The notes beneath the pieces were generated by a model, which ran no database searches, was not told the origin of the DNA, and saw only the letters and a list, made by a program, of their open reading frames with translations. From Fibrobacteria bacterium (GTDB taxonomy: Bacteria; Fibrobacterota; Chitinivibrionia; Chitinivibrionales; FEN-1185): a stretch of DNA of 61,709 bases. This document shows positions 10,941-19,269 of the stretch, one piece after another; the first letter of the stretch is position 1; every line of letters begins with the position of its first letter. The stretch is from positions 1-61,709 of the forward strand of contig JBBIGR010000031.1 of assembly GCA_037447435.1 (NCBI GenBank), given 5' to 3'. The position numbers and the translations under genes are program-made.

Positions 10941-11129
10941 TTAATCGTAATAGAGTTCCTTAGTTCATTAACAATGCCTCAAAGTTCAGTAATGGAGCCT
11001 AAAAGTCCACTGACAGTATCCAAAAATTCATTAACACCGCTTAAAAGTTAACAAACAGAGCCTTAAAAGTCTGTAACATATTCAAAAATCTCTGTAACAG
11101 AGGTGAAAAAATCATTGGCAGAGATATAA
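10941..11129. repeat. Degenerate 21-bp tandem repeat (about 9 units)
   Basis: Units in 21-nt register, e.g. agttcattaacaatgcctcaa / agttcagtaatggagcctaaa / agtccactgacagtatccaaa / aattcattaacaccgcttaaa / agttaacaaacagagccttaa / aagtctgtaacatattcaaaa / atctctgtaacagaggtgaaa. Confidence 0.65.
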
Positions 11130-11465
11130 TGAGGTCATTTTGCCATTGTTAGAGATAAAAATACTTCTGTTTTATTCAATTTTCTTTCTGAAGCGTAAAA
11201 AAAGGCTCTGTAAATGAACTTATAAACTTTGAAGCGTTTATTTTCTGCCGGTGAGAAAAAAATCAATTTAAATGTGATGGATTAAACGCTCTGTTAATGG
11301 GTTTATGGAGACGGAAGGGGAAAAAAAAGAATACCCGGCATAATGGACCTCGAGATTATATGCCGCAATGTTACAAAAAAATTCCGATAGAACCTTTTCA
11401 TTCATAAAAAAGTATGATAGTATACAATTTGTGTAAAGGATAATGTGCTTTGCTTTTTTTTTAAA

Positions 11466-11494
11466 TCGCAAGAACGGGTTTTTATGTTTATATT
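11466..11494 (+). promoter_or_regulatory. Putative sigma70 promoter of the first GH30 gene
   Basis: TCGCAA-N17-TATATT; nearly identical block recurs at 13577-13605 before the second paralogue. Confidence 0.65.
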
Positions 11495-11635
11495 AGTCGC
11501 TATAAATGACAATGGCTTAGAATGAATTAATCAAAAGCCTGCCAATGTAGGCAAAATCTTGCAAATAGTTAGTAAATAAAAAGACAAAATATGCAATAGC
11601 TGCATCCGCATAAATTAATCGCTTAAGGGGGTCGT

Positions 11636-13351
11636 ATGGTGGTCAAAAAGAGGCATGGGGCAATACCGTCGGGGATTTTGCTTATTCAAGCTGCATTGGT
11701 TTTGACCTTTTTAGGCAGCTCAGTTCATGCTCAACAGGTTTCGGTTTGGGTTACCTCCGGCGATAAAAGCAAATTGCTTCAGAAACAAACAATTGCAAGT
11801 TTTGGCTCAAGCAATAATGCAACAAAAATTACCCTAAACGAGAATACAACCTATCAAACCATTGATGGTGCCGGACATTGCATGACGGAAGGCAGTGCCC
11901 AAGTTATTTATGGTTTGGCCGCACAACAACAAGACAGCTTGCTCAATCTTCTTTTCAACCTGAATACCGGTATCGGCATGCCCGTGATACGGGTTTCGAT
12001 CGGCGCAAGCGATTTGGGAAACGGTGTTTACAGTTACGATGACGTTGCCGGCGGCGATACCGCCATGGCAAAATTCAGTTTCAAAGGAGTGGATTCGACC
12101 TATTTAATTCCGATATTGAAAAAAGTCGTGGCAATCAATCCGAAAATCAAGATTCTTGCCTGTCCATGGTCTCCGCCCGCTTGGATGAAAACGAACAATT
12201 CGTTTGTCAACGGGAACCTTGCAACGCAAAATTATGCCGCTTATGCCAAATATTTTGTGAAATATATACAAGGAATGCAGGCAAACGGTATTCCGATTTA
12301 TGCGGTCACGGTTCAAAACGAGCCGGAGAACTGCTGCAACAACCCCTCCTGCGTTTGGACATCGGCACAGGAAACCAATTTCATAAACAACAACCTCGGC
12401 CCGGCTTTCAAAGCCGCAGGTATTACGACAAAAATAATCGCATACGACCACAACTGCGACGATACTAATTTTCCGACATTTGTCTGCAACAACAGCACCT
12501 ATGTCGACGGTTCGGCGTTTCACCTCTATGCAGGTGATATCTCTGCAATGTCAACGGTATACAATACGACACATAAGAATGTCTATATGACCGAACAATG
12601 TACGTGCGGCGACGATTTTTCAAATGATATGTCGTATCACATGCCCGGTGTAATCCTATCATCATTTTTAAATTACGGCAAAATGGCATTGGAATGGAAT
12701 TTGGCAACGGATCCGAATTACGGGCCCCATACGGATAACGGCGGTTGCGGTATTTGCGACGGCGGAATCACGGTGAACAATCCAACGAGTTTTTCCCTTA
12801 ATCCCTCGTTTTACATAGTGGCACAGGCGACCAAAGTCATTAAAACGAATTCAACGAGAATCGCGACCGCATCGACCAGCGGAAACATGACCAATGTTGC
12901 ATGTATCAACCCGGACGGCACGCGAGGATTGGTTGTGTATAATAAGGGTTCCTCGACTACTTTCGACGTCGTGTGGAACGGTCAGGCGTTTCCCTTCACC
13001 TTGGGTTCCAACGCAGTCGCTTCGTTTTTATGGCAGGGAGCGGTGAAGGCGGACGATCGCAAAACGGCCGCCAAATTTGCATTTGCAAACATACAAAATT
13101 ATCCTGAACCGTTTAAGGAATCTACGCGCATCAATTTTACACTTACCAAAACCGCCAATGCCGATGTTTTTGTTTATAACAGCAAAGGCACTGTCGTGGC
13201 TTCGCTTATGCATGGATCGCAATCGAAAGGAAACCAATCAATAACGTGGAACGGCAGGGATGTCAACGGCTGTGGGGTTTCGGCCGGCGTATATGTCGTC
13301 AAATTGACTGCAGAAGGATACTCGATTGCAAAAAGGATTCTAAAACAATAA
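11636..13351 (+). CDS. Secreted glycoside hydrolase family 30 (GH30_3-like beta-1,6-glucanase/glucosylceramidase) with C-terminal FlgD-Ig/sorting-type domain
   Basis: Signal peptide; PWSPPAWMK, VQNEP (acid/base), YDHNCD, AFHLYAG, YMTEQ (nucleophile), EWNLA; C-terminal NYPEPF...WNGRD...SAGVY. Confidence 0.9.
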   Translation: MVVKKRHGAIPSGILLIQAALVLTFLGSSVHAQQVSVWVTSGDKSKLLQKQTIASFGSSNNATKITLNENTTYQTIDGAGHCMTEGSAQVIYGLAAQQQDSLLNLLFNLNTGIGMPVIRVSIGASDLGNGVYSYDDVAGGDTAMAKFSFKGVDSTYLIPILKKVVAINPKIKILACPWSPPAWMKTNNSFVNGNLATQNYAAYAKYFVKYIQGMQANGIPIYAVTVQNEPENCCNNPSCVWTSAQETNFINNNLGPAFKAAGITTKIIAYDHNCDDTNFPTFVCNNSTYVDGSAFHLYAGDISAMSTVYNTTHKNVYMTEQCTCGDDFSNDMSYHMPGVILSSFLNYGKMALEWNLATDPNYGPHTDNGGCGICDGGITVNNPTSFSLNPSFYIVAQATKVIKTNSTRIATASTSGNMTNVACINPDGTRGLVVYNKGSSTTFDVVWNGQAFPFTLGSNAVASFLWQGAVKADDRKTAAKFAFANIQNYPEPFKESTRINFTLTKTANADVFVYNSKGTVVASLMHGSQSKGNQSITWNGRDVNGCGVSAGVYVVKLTAEGYSIAKRILKQ

Positions 13352-13400
13352 AAAAATTAATAATTTCCCGTTGTTAAACCGCCCGATTTGCATAGACTGC

Positions 13401-13438
13401 AAAGTTCTAAAAATATACTTTTTAGAACTTTTTTTTTT
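13401..13438 (+). terminator. Intrinsic terminator after the first GH30 gene
   Basis: AAAGTTCTAAAAA-TATAC-TTTTTAGAACTTT followed by poly-T. Confidence 0.75.
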
Positions 13439-13576
13439 CGTACATTTTAAAAACCGATGTTCATTCAAAAATGCCTTGTAATTTGCAAACAACGACATTT
13501 TAAGGGGTTTTATTTGGTAAAGTATGATAAAATATAATGATATATTATTGATAAGGTTCTTCGTCATTTTTTTAAA

Positions 13577-13605
13577 TGGCAAGAACGGGTTTTTATCTTT
13601 ATATT
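13577..13605 (+). promoter_or_regulatory. Putative sigma70 promoter of the second GH30 gene
   Basis: TGGCAA-N17-TATATT, homologous to 11466-11494. Confidence 0.65.
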
Positions 13606-13734
13606 AGTCATCATAATCAACAATGCCTTATATACAATTTTAATAAGCATGTAAAAGTGGCCGGAAATTTAGAAATAATAATACTATTGAATAAAAAAGA
13701 TCTGCGTCCGAGTCATTTAATCGGTTAAAGGGGG

Positions 13735-15465
13735 ATGGGTATGTTCTTGAAAAGGGAGTTTGGCACAATTTCAAACAAGCCGCATGGTGTTTCAATAATG
13801 AGAGCTTTGCTCGTCGTGACCTTTGTTTGCGCATCCGTCTATGCGCAAGCAGCATCGGTGTGGGTCACTTCATCGGATCAGAGCAAGCTGTTGCAGAAAC
13901 AGCCCAACTTAACATTCGGTAACTCGGCAAACGGTACCAAGATCACGCTGAACGAAGCCACAAAATATCAGAACATCGATGGCTTCGGCGAATGCATGAC
14001 CGAGGGAAGCGCGGAAACAATCTACAGTTTGGCAACCAAACAACAAGACAGCTTAATGAACCTTCTTTTCAACGTGGAAACGGGAGCCGGAATGTCCGTC
14101 ATGCGTATTACGGTCGGCGCATCCGATCTTGGTAATGGAACGTATACGTATAGCCTTGTTGCGGGTGATACCGCTTTGAACAATTTCAGTTTCAAGGGTG
14201 TCGATTCAACGTATCTGATTCCGATTCTGAAAAAAGCGATTGCCATTAATCCGAATTTAAAAATTTTGGCTTGCCCCTGGACGCCGCCGGTATGGATGAA
14301 AACAAACAATGCCTATCAAGGCGGAAATCTCCAGACGCAATATTACGGCGCATATGCAAAGTACTGGGTCAAGTACATTCAGGGGATGAAGGCGAATGGA
14401 ATTCCCATTTGGGGTATCACGGTTCAGAATGAGCCTCTCAACGGCGGCAATACGCCTTCGTGCACCTGGACGCAACAGACGGAAGCGACCTTTGATAATG
14501 TTTATCTCGGACCGGCGTTCAAGGCCGCAGGCATTACGACAAAAATAATCGCGTACGATCACAATTGCGACGTTACGGCTTATCCGATTTACGTATGTAC
14601 GACGAGTACCTATGTGGACGGAGCCGCCTTCCATCTGTACGCCGGCCCGATCAGCGCTATGACGACGGTTCATAACGCCACTAAAAAGAACGTGTATTTC
14701 ACGGAGCAATGTACTTGCAGCGATAATTTTTCCGGCAATTATTCAGGCCATATGCGCGACGTTTTCATGGGGGCATTGACAAACTGGAGCAAATGCGTCA
14801 TCGAATGGAACTTGTCGACGGACGCGAACCTCGGTCCTCATACGAATAACGGCGGATGCGGCATCTGCGTCGGAGGAGTAATGGTAAATAATCCCACTTC
14901 ATTTACGCTCAAGGCCTCGTATTATACCTTTGCATCATTCTCCAAAGTCATCAAGACCGATGCGGTACGGGTGGCGACGACCTCTACCAACAACAATCTG
15001 CTCACGATCGCGGCTATCAATCCGGACGGTTCGCGCGGCGTTGTCGTATACAACAATACCGGATCGACCGCAACATTCGATGTGGTTTGGAACAACCAGG
15101 CTGTCCCGTTTACTCTGAATAACAGCGCGACGGCATCGTTTTTATGGCAGGGGCCGGTTCCCGTACAAGAAAAACCCATGCCGGCTAAAATGGTGTTTAC
15201 GCAAATACGGAATTTCCCCGAACCGTTCACTTCGGCGACCCGTATCAATTTCAATCTTACAAAAAACGCCAATGCCGATGTCGTTATTTACAATAGCAAA
15301 GGCGACGTCGTCGCTTCCCTTATGCACGGTACGCAATCAAAAGGCAGCCAATCGGTGGTGTGGAACGGCAGGGATTCCAACGATCGTCCGGTATCGGCGG
15401 GAATGTATGTTATTAAATTGGCATCGGAAGGATATTCTATTGCAAAACGGATCCTTAAGCAATAG
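13735..15465 (+). CDS. Secreted glycoside hydrolase family 30, tandem paralogue
   Basis: PWTPPVWMK, VQNEP, YDHNCD, AFHLYAG, YFTEQ, EWNLS; C-terminus EGYSIAKRILKQ identical to the upstream paralogue. Confidence 0.9.
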   Translation: MGMFLKREFGTISNKPHGVSIMRALLVVTFVCASVYAQAASVWVTSSDQSKLLQKQPNLTFGNSANGTKITLNEATKYQNIDGFGECMTEGSAETIYSLATKQQDSLMNLLFNVETGAGMSVMRITVGASDLGNGTYTYSLVAGDTALNNFSFKGVDSTYLIPILKKAIAINPNLKILACPWTPPVWMKTNNAYQGGNLQTQYYGAYAKYWVKYIQGMKANGIPIWGITVQNEPLNGGNTPSCTWTQQTEATFDNVYLGPAFKAAGITTKIIAYDHNCDVTAYPIYVCTTSTYVDGAAFHLYAGPISAMTTVHNATKKNVYFTEQCTCSDNFSGNYSGHMRDVFMGALTNWSKCVIEWNLSTDANLGPHTNNGGCGICVGGVMVNNPTSFTLKASYYTFASFSKVIKTDAVRVATTSTNNNLLTIAAINPDGSRGVVVYNNTGSTATFDVVWNNQAVPFTLNNSATASFLWQGPVPVQEKPMPAKMVFTQIRNFPEPFTSATRINFNLTKNANADVVIYNSKGDVVASLMHGTQSKGSQSVVWNGRDSNDRPVSAGMYVIKLASEGYSIAKRILKQ

Positions 15466-15524
15466 GGTTGGTGATGTATTTCCGTTCCAAATTATTCGGT
15501 GTAAATTCTCGTTGAGAAGTGTGT

Positions 15525-15563
15525 AAGTCCTAAAAATATTCTTTTTAGGACTTTCTTTTTTTT
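15525..15563 (+). terminator. Intrinsic terminator after the second GH30 gene
   Basis: AAGTCCTAAAAA-TATTC-TTTTTAGGACTT followed by a T tract; homologous to 13401-13438. Confidence 0.75.
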
Positions 15564-15632
15564 AATACTGTTTTTTAAAACTAAATTCAATTCAAAAAAT
15601 CCGATAACTGCGGAATTAGTTATTTTAATTTT

Positions 15633-16535
15633 TTGGAGGCAATTGTTTTGGGATCAATCATCCAAAATTCCGCAATAGACTGGAATTTATTTATAGGCCG
15701 GGATCTCGGGACGGTCACGCTTATCCGTGAACTTGGTCGCGGCGTCATGGGCGTTGTTTTTATTGCCTATCAAAAGACGCTCAAACGCCAGGTTGCCGTT
15801 AAGGTGCTGGTTAAAAAAAAGGCAACCAACGATCTTGCCAGAGACCTATTCAGAGATGAGGGAGAAATTGTAGCAATACTTTCGCATCCCAATATCATTC
15901 CGATTTTTGAAATGGGTGAAACCGATGATTGCTATTTTCAGGTCATGCAGCTTGTTGATGGAATAGATTTACGAACAATGCTGCGTCGGCAGGTTAATCA
16001 TCCATTGCCCGACAAACGGCTTTTGCCTCATAGCGACGCCATCGGCATGTGTATACAAATAGCGGATGCTCTGGGATATGCGCATGAAGAAGGAATCGTG
16101 CATCAGGATGTAAAGCCGGCAAACATTTTGGTCGAAAACCGTTTGAAGCGGCCGCTCGTCGCCGATTTCGGCATAGCCCGTGCTTTTGCAGGCGAGTATA
16201 AATCCGGCGGCCTGATTGTCGGTTCCCCTTTGTATATGGCACCAGAACAGGCGACGGGTAAAGTCACGGACGGAAGGGCCGATATTTATTCCCTCGGAGT
16301 AATTCTTTTCGAATTGGTTGTCGGTCAATTGCCCATACGGCTCGAAGAGCATTCGGAACAAATCCTGGAGCGGAAAAAACGGATGCCTGAAACATTTTTC
16401 ATTGCAAAGCCTTCGGATATCGTGCCTACAATAGATAAAAATCTGGAAAAAATCATTCTAAAAGCCACGGCTTCTCTTGCATCGCAACGGTACTTGTGTT
16501 GCGCCGAAATGATCGATGACTTAAAAGCGTTGTAA
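15633..16535 (+). CDS. Cytoplasmic Hanks-type Ser/Thr protein kinase
   Basis: LGRGVMGVV, VAVK, HQDVKPANIL, DFG, YMAPEQ, DIYSLG; no TM segment; TTG start uncertain. Confidence 0.92.
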   Translation: MEAIVLGSIIQNSAIDWNLFIGRDLGTVTLIRELGRGVMGVVFIAYQKTLKRQVAVKVLVKKKATNDLARDLFRDEGEIVAILSHPNIIPIFEMGETDDCYFQVMQLVDGIDLRTMLRRQVNHPLPDKRLLPHSDAIGMCIQIADALGYAHEEGIVHQDVKPANILVENRLKRPLVADFGIARAFAGEYKSGGLIVGSPLYMAPEQATGKVTDGRADIYSLGVILFELVVGQLPIRLEEHSEQILERKKRMPETFFIAKPSDIVPTIDKNLEKIILKATASLASQRYLCCAEMIDDLKAL

Positions 16536-16542
16536 AAGGATT

Positions 16543-18681
16543 GTGAAAATGGATTCTGCATTAAATCCCGGCGTCGCGTTGGATAGGCGACAGGCGGAAA
16601 CGATTGCCCGTCTGTTCAACATGGCCTACAATAGCGCGGTATTATATGGCGGCAACCATCAGGCAACCAAAGAAGGTGCGATAGTATTTTATAATTTCAT
16701 TTTCAAATGCATATCCGCTTCCGGAACAGTATCAATAATCAATGAACGCGAATCAGTGTTCATAGAAAATTTCTGCGTCGATAAAATAATAAATACGAAA
16801 CGGCTTGTTTCCCATTTAAAAAAAACCCGCATACAATCGATTTCTTTTTCAAGCGAACTCACTCAATCCCATGTAATGATGTTGTTTGAAGTTCTCAGCG
16901 ACGCTCAAAAATTTCCCACGGTCGATGAAATGAAAAAGGGTTTGACGCTTTTTAATGCCGCCGGCGTGAAACTCAATTATGTCGTGTACCGAAAAATGAC
17001 TATCGACGAAGCAATTGTCGATAAGGATGTTGCCGAGGCGGGAGCAGCGTCTGCCGAAATCGGCGGGGAATCTTTGAAATATTTGGCGGAGGCGACCGAT
17101 TTACTTACTTTAAAACAAATGTTGGAAAAACCGATAGTCAATTTTGGGGAAAATGCCGGGGATACGCATAAAACGGATTCGGATCGAATTCATGAAGTTG
17201 TGTCCCATATACGTTCGATCAATGAACAAGTGAAAAAAACGGACGCACATTCCGGATTTATGTCGACATTGGAATTGGGGAATGCGGTACAAGCATTGAA
17301 AAAGGATATCGAACGGAATTTACATACGATCAAAGCCGATACGCTTGTGGAAGGGGCGACCGGCAATCTTATGAGCGCATTGGATCAATTAAGCCACGAT
17401 GTGTTGATGAACATCGTTCGACAGGAATATAAATCCGGGCAAATTTCACTTAAACGCCTTGCCCAAATAATAAGGCGGGTGATTCCCGATGTAAAGGAAT
17501 TGAAGAGACTATTACCTCGATTGAAACAAACATTGCTTGCCGAAGGAATGGAAATTGTCGATTATTTAAAGCTTGTCACTGAAATAAGAGCAGACCTCGA
17601 TTCCGAAGGATTAGAGCAACTTTTTATTGCAGCCACCGATGATATAGGGATCGGGCCCGATGAGCTGTATGCGGCTATAAAAGACGATCCCAAAGATGCG
17701 GCAAGGCTTATCGTGCTTGCAGCAGAAATACGGAAAAGAAACCTTTCGGATACAAAGGAATTTTCGGCATTGCTCACGGATTATATCGAGCAAGCGAGTA
17801 AAAGCATGGTTCTTGAATCAAAAGATACCGCCGGTCCTGCGGGAATAAAGCTTCTGGCGAAAACAATGGACGATGTGAAACATGAAATTCTTGATAACAT
17901 AAAAAGCATCGGCATTACCGAGCCGGTAATAAGTCAAACAAGCCTTCTTTTATCAAATAGAGCTTCCGGTGAATTGAGCGAACTCAAAAAGGAATGGCTT
18001 GGGAAAATGTTGGATGCGTACAAAGACTATTCCGATACGGATTTAATGCGTATTCTGCCTCAATTGCTGCACAATGTTGAGGACACTGCGCTAATTCGGG
18101 ACACCTTTTCCAAAACGCTATTGCAAAAGGGATATACCGAGGATAAGGTTAAAGAATTTTTCGAAAAGGTTGCTCCGCGCCGCGTACAGGCCGATTTGCC
18201 TAAAGGTGTTCTGAACGTGAGCGCCACGGTTTATTTCCTGGAAAGGGAAATAAAAAGGCAGCAACGATATGCGACGCCTTTTTCCAGCGTTATAATAACG
18301 CCGATCAGAATTTGGTCAAAACGGGGAGCGCCGATTTCGGTAGGTGAACATGAGACGAAATACGTATTACCGCAAATTATCGCTTTTGTAAGGAAAATAT
18401 TGCGGGATCTGGATTTGGTTGGGTCTTTGGGTTTTGTTTCCCGCGATATTCCGTTTATTATTTTGCCCATGACCGATCAAAGCGGAGCAAATTCGGTTAT
18501 AACGAGGTTGGAAAAGGCATTTGCTGCCGCGGTTTTTGAATGCAATAAGGATCCGGTGACCGTCGATTGCGCTATTTCCGGCTCTTCTTTCGATACGAAA
18601 ACAATGGAAAATTACAAGCAATATTTAGAGCATGCGCTGTTAGAGCATAAAAAAAATGAAAATTTACTTTTGAAGAAATAA
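16543..18681 (+). CDS. Large helical protein with C-terminal degenerate GGDEF-like domain
   Basis: C-terminal FLEREIKRQQRYATPFSSVII...LRDLDLVGSLG...FIILPMTDQSGA matches the GGDEF fold pattern but lacks the GG(D/E)EF signature. Confidence 0.6.
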   Translation: MKMDSALNPGVALDRRQAETIARLFNMAYNSAVLYGGNHQATKEGAIVFYNFIFKCISASGTVSIINERESVFIENFCVDKIINTKRLVSHLKKTRIQSISFSSELTQSHVMMLFEVLSDAQKFPTVDEMKKGLTLFNAAGVKLNYVVYRKMTIDEAIVDKDVAEAGAASAEIGGESLKYLAEATDLLTLKQMLEKPIVNFGENAGDTHKTDSDRIHEVVSHIRSINEQVKKTDAHSGFMSTLELGNAVQALKKDIERNLHTIKADTLVEGATGNLMSALDQLSHDVLMNIVRQEYKSGQISLKRLAQIIRRVIPDVKELKRLLPRLKQTLLAEGMEIVDYLKLVTEIRADLDSEGLEQLFIAATDDIGIGPDELYAAIKDDPKDAARLIVLAAEIRKRNLSDTKEFSALLTDYIEQASKSMVLESKDTAGPAGIKLLAKTMDDVKHEILDNIKSIGITEPVISQTSLLLSNRASGELSELKKEWLGKMLDAYKDYSDTDLMRILPQLLHNVEDTALIRDTFSKTLLQKGYTEDKVKEFFEKVAPRRVQADLPKGVLNVSATVYFLEREIKRQQRYATPFSSVIITPIRIWSKRGAPISVGEHETKYVLPQIIAFVRKILRDLDLVGSLGFVSRDIPFIILPMTDQSGANSVITRLEKAFAAAVFECNKDPVTVDCAISGSSFDTKTMENYKQYLEHALLEHKKNENLLLKK

Positions 18682-18736
18682 GTCCCGATCGATTTAAACG
18701 GTGCAAAGTATACGCGGTACGGAATCATAAAAAAAA

Positions 18737-18827
18737 CGGAGGGGAGAGGATTTGAACCTCCGGTAGCGGGTTAAACCACTACGACGGTTTAGCAAACCGT
18801 TGCCTTCGGCCACTCGGCCACCCCTCC
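18737..18827 (-). tRNA. tRNA-Ser (GCT)
   Basis: Minus strand GGAGGGGTGGCCGAGTGGCCGAAGGCA-ACGGT-TTGCTAA-ACCGT, long variable arm, GGAGGTTCAAATCCTCTCCCCTCCG; CCA not encoded. Confidence 0.96.
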
Positions 18828-18869
18828 ATTAAGAGGTTTTCAATCTTGAATTTTCAAAAACGACTACTA

Positions 18870-18898
18870 AATATAATACCTAATCCGTTGTTTCGCAA
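18870..18898 (-). promoter_or_regulatory. Putative sigma70 promoter of tRNA-Ser
   Basis: Minus strand TTGCGA-N17-TATATT about 40 nt upstream of the tRNA. Confidence 0.6.
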
Positions 18899-19269
18899 TC
18901 GGATAGTTGCTACGGTGTTCATATATGCGCAATTTGCGTAAATAGTATCTGTAACAGTTACTAATGCCGGGCAACGCAAATACCTTTTTTTTTCATTGGA
19001 TTTTAGCTTCCAAAAGAATCCTTTAAATATTTCTTGCAATAGAATTTATAATGAGTTAGTATTAGTGTATACATTTTGAATTTAATTTTTTATTATAGCT
19101 CTTTAAATTATTAATTCGTATCTTTTAAATTGGAAAAATCAGGCTGTTTTCTATCTTTTTTTATGTCGCGGCCGCAAGTGCCCAAACGGAAAATGTTATC
19201 CGAATTCGGTTTATTACATAATGTTAATTAACATCACAATTTGTTCATTTATTTTAAAGATTTAACAAA

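Noticed and set aside
10854..11051. 65-aa plus-strand ORF
   Set aside because: No clear RBS, and its C-terminus is just the 21-bp repeat read-through; treated as part of the repeat finding.
10941..11129. Possible CRISPR array
   Set aside because: Units are contiguous, degenerate 21-mers without unique spacers, and there are no cas genes in the window.
10238..18827. Genomic island bounded by tRNA-Leu and tRNA-Ser
   Set aside because: No integrase or transposase and no duplicated tRNA 3' end (att site) seen by eye; the gene content looks native.
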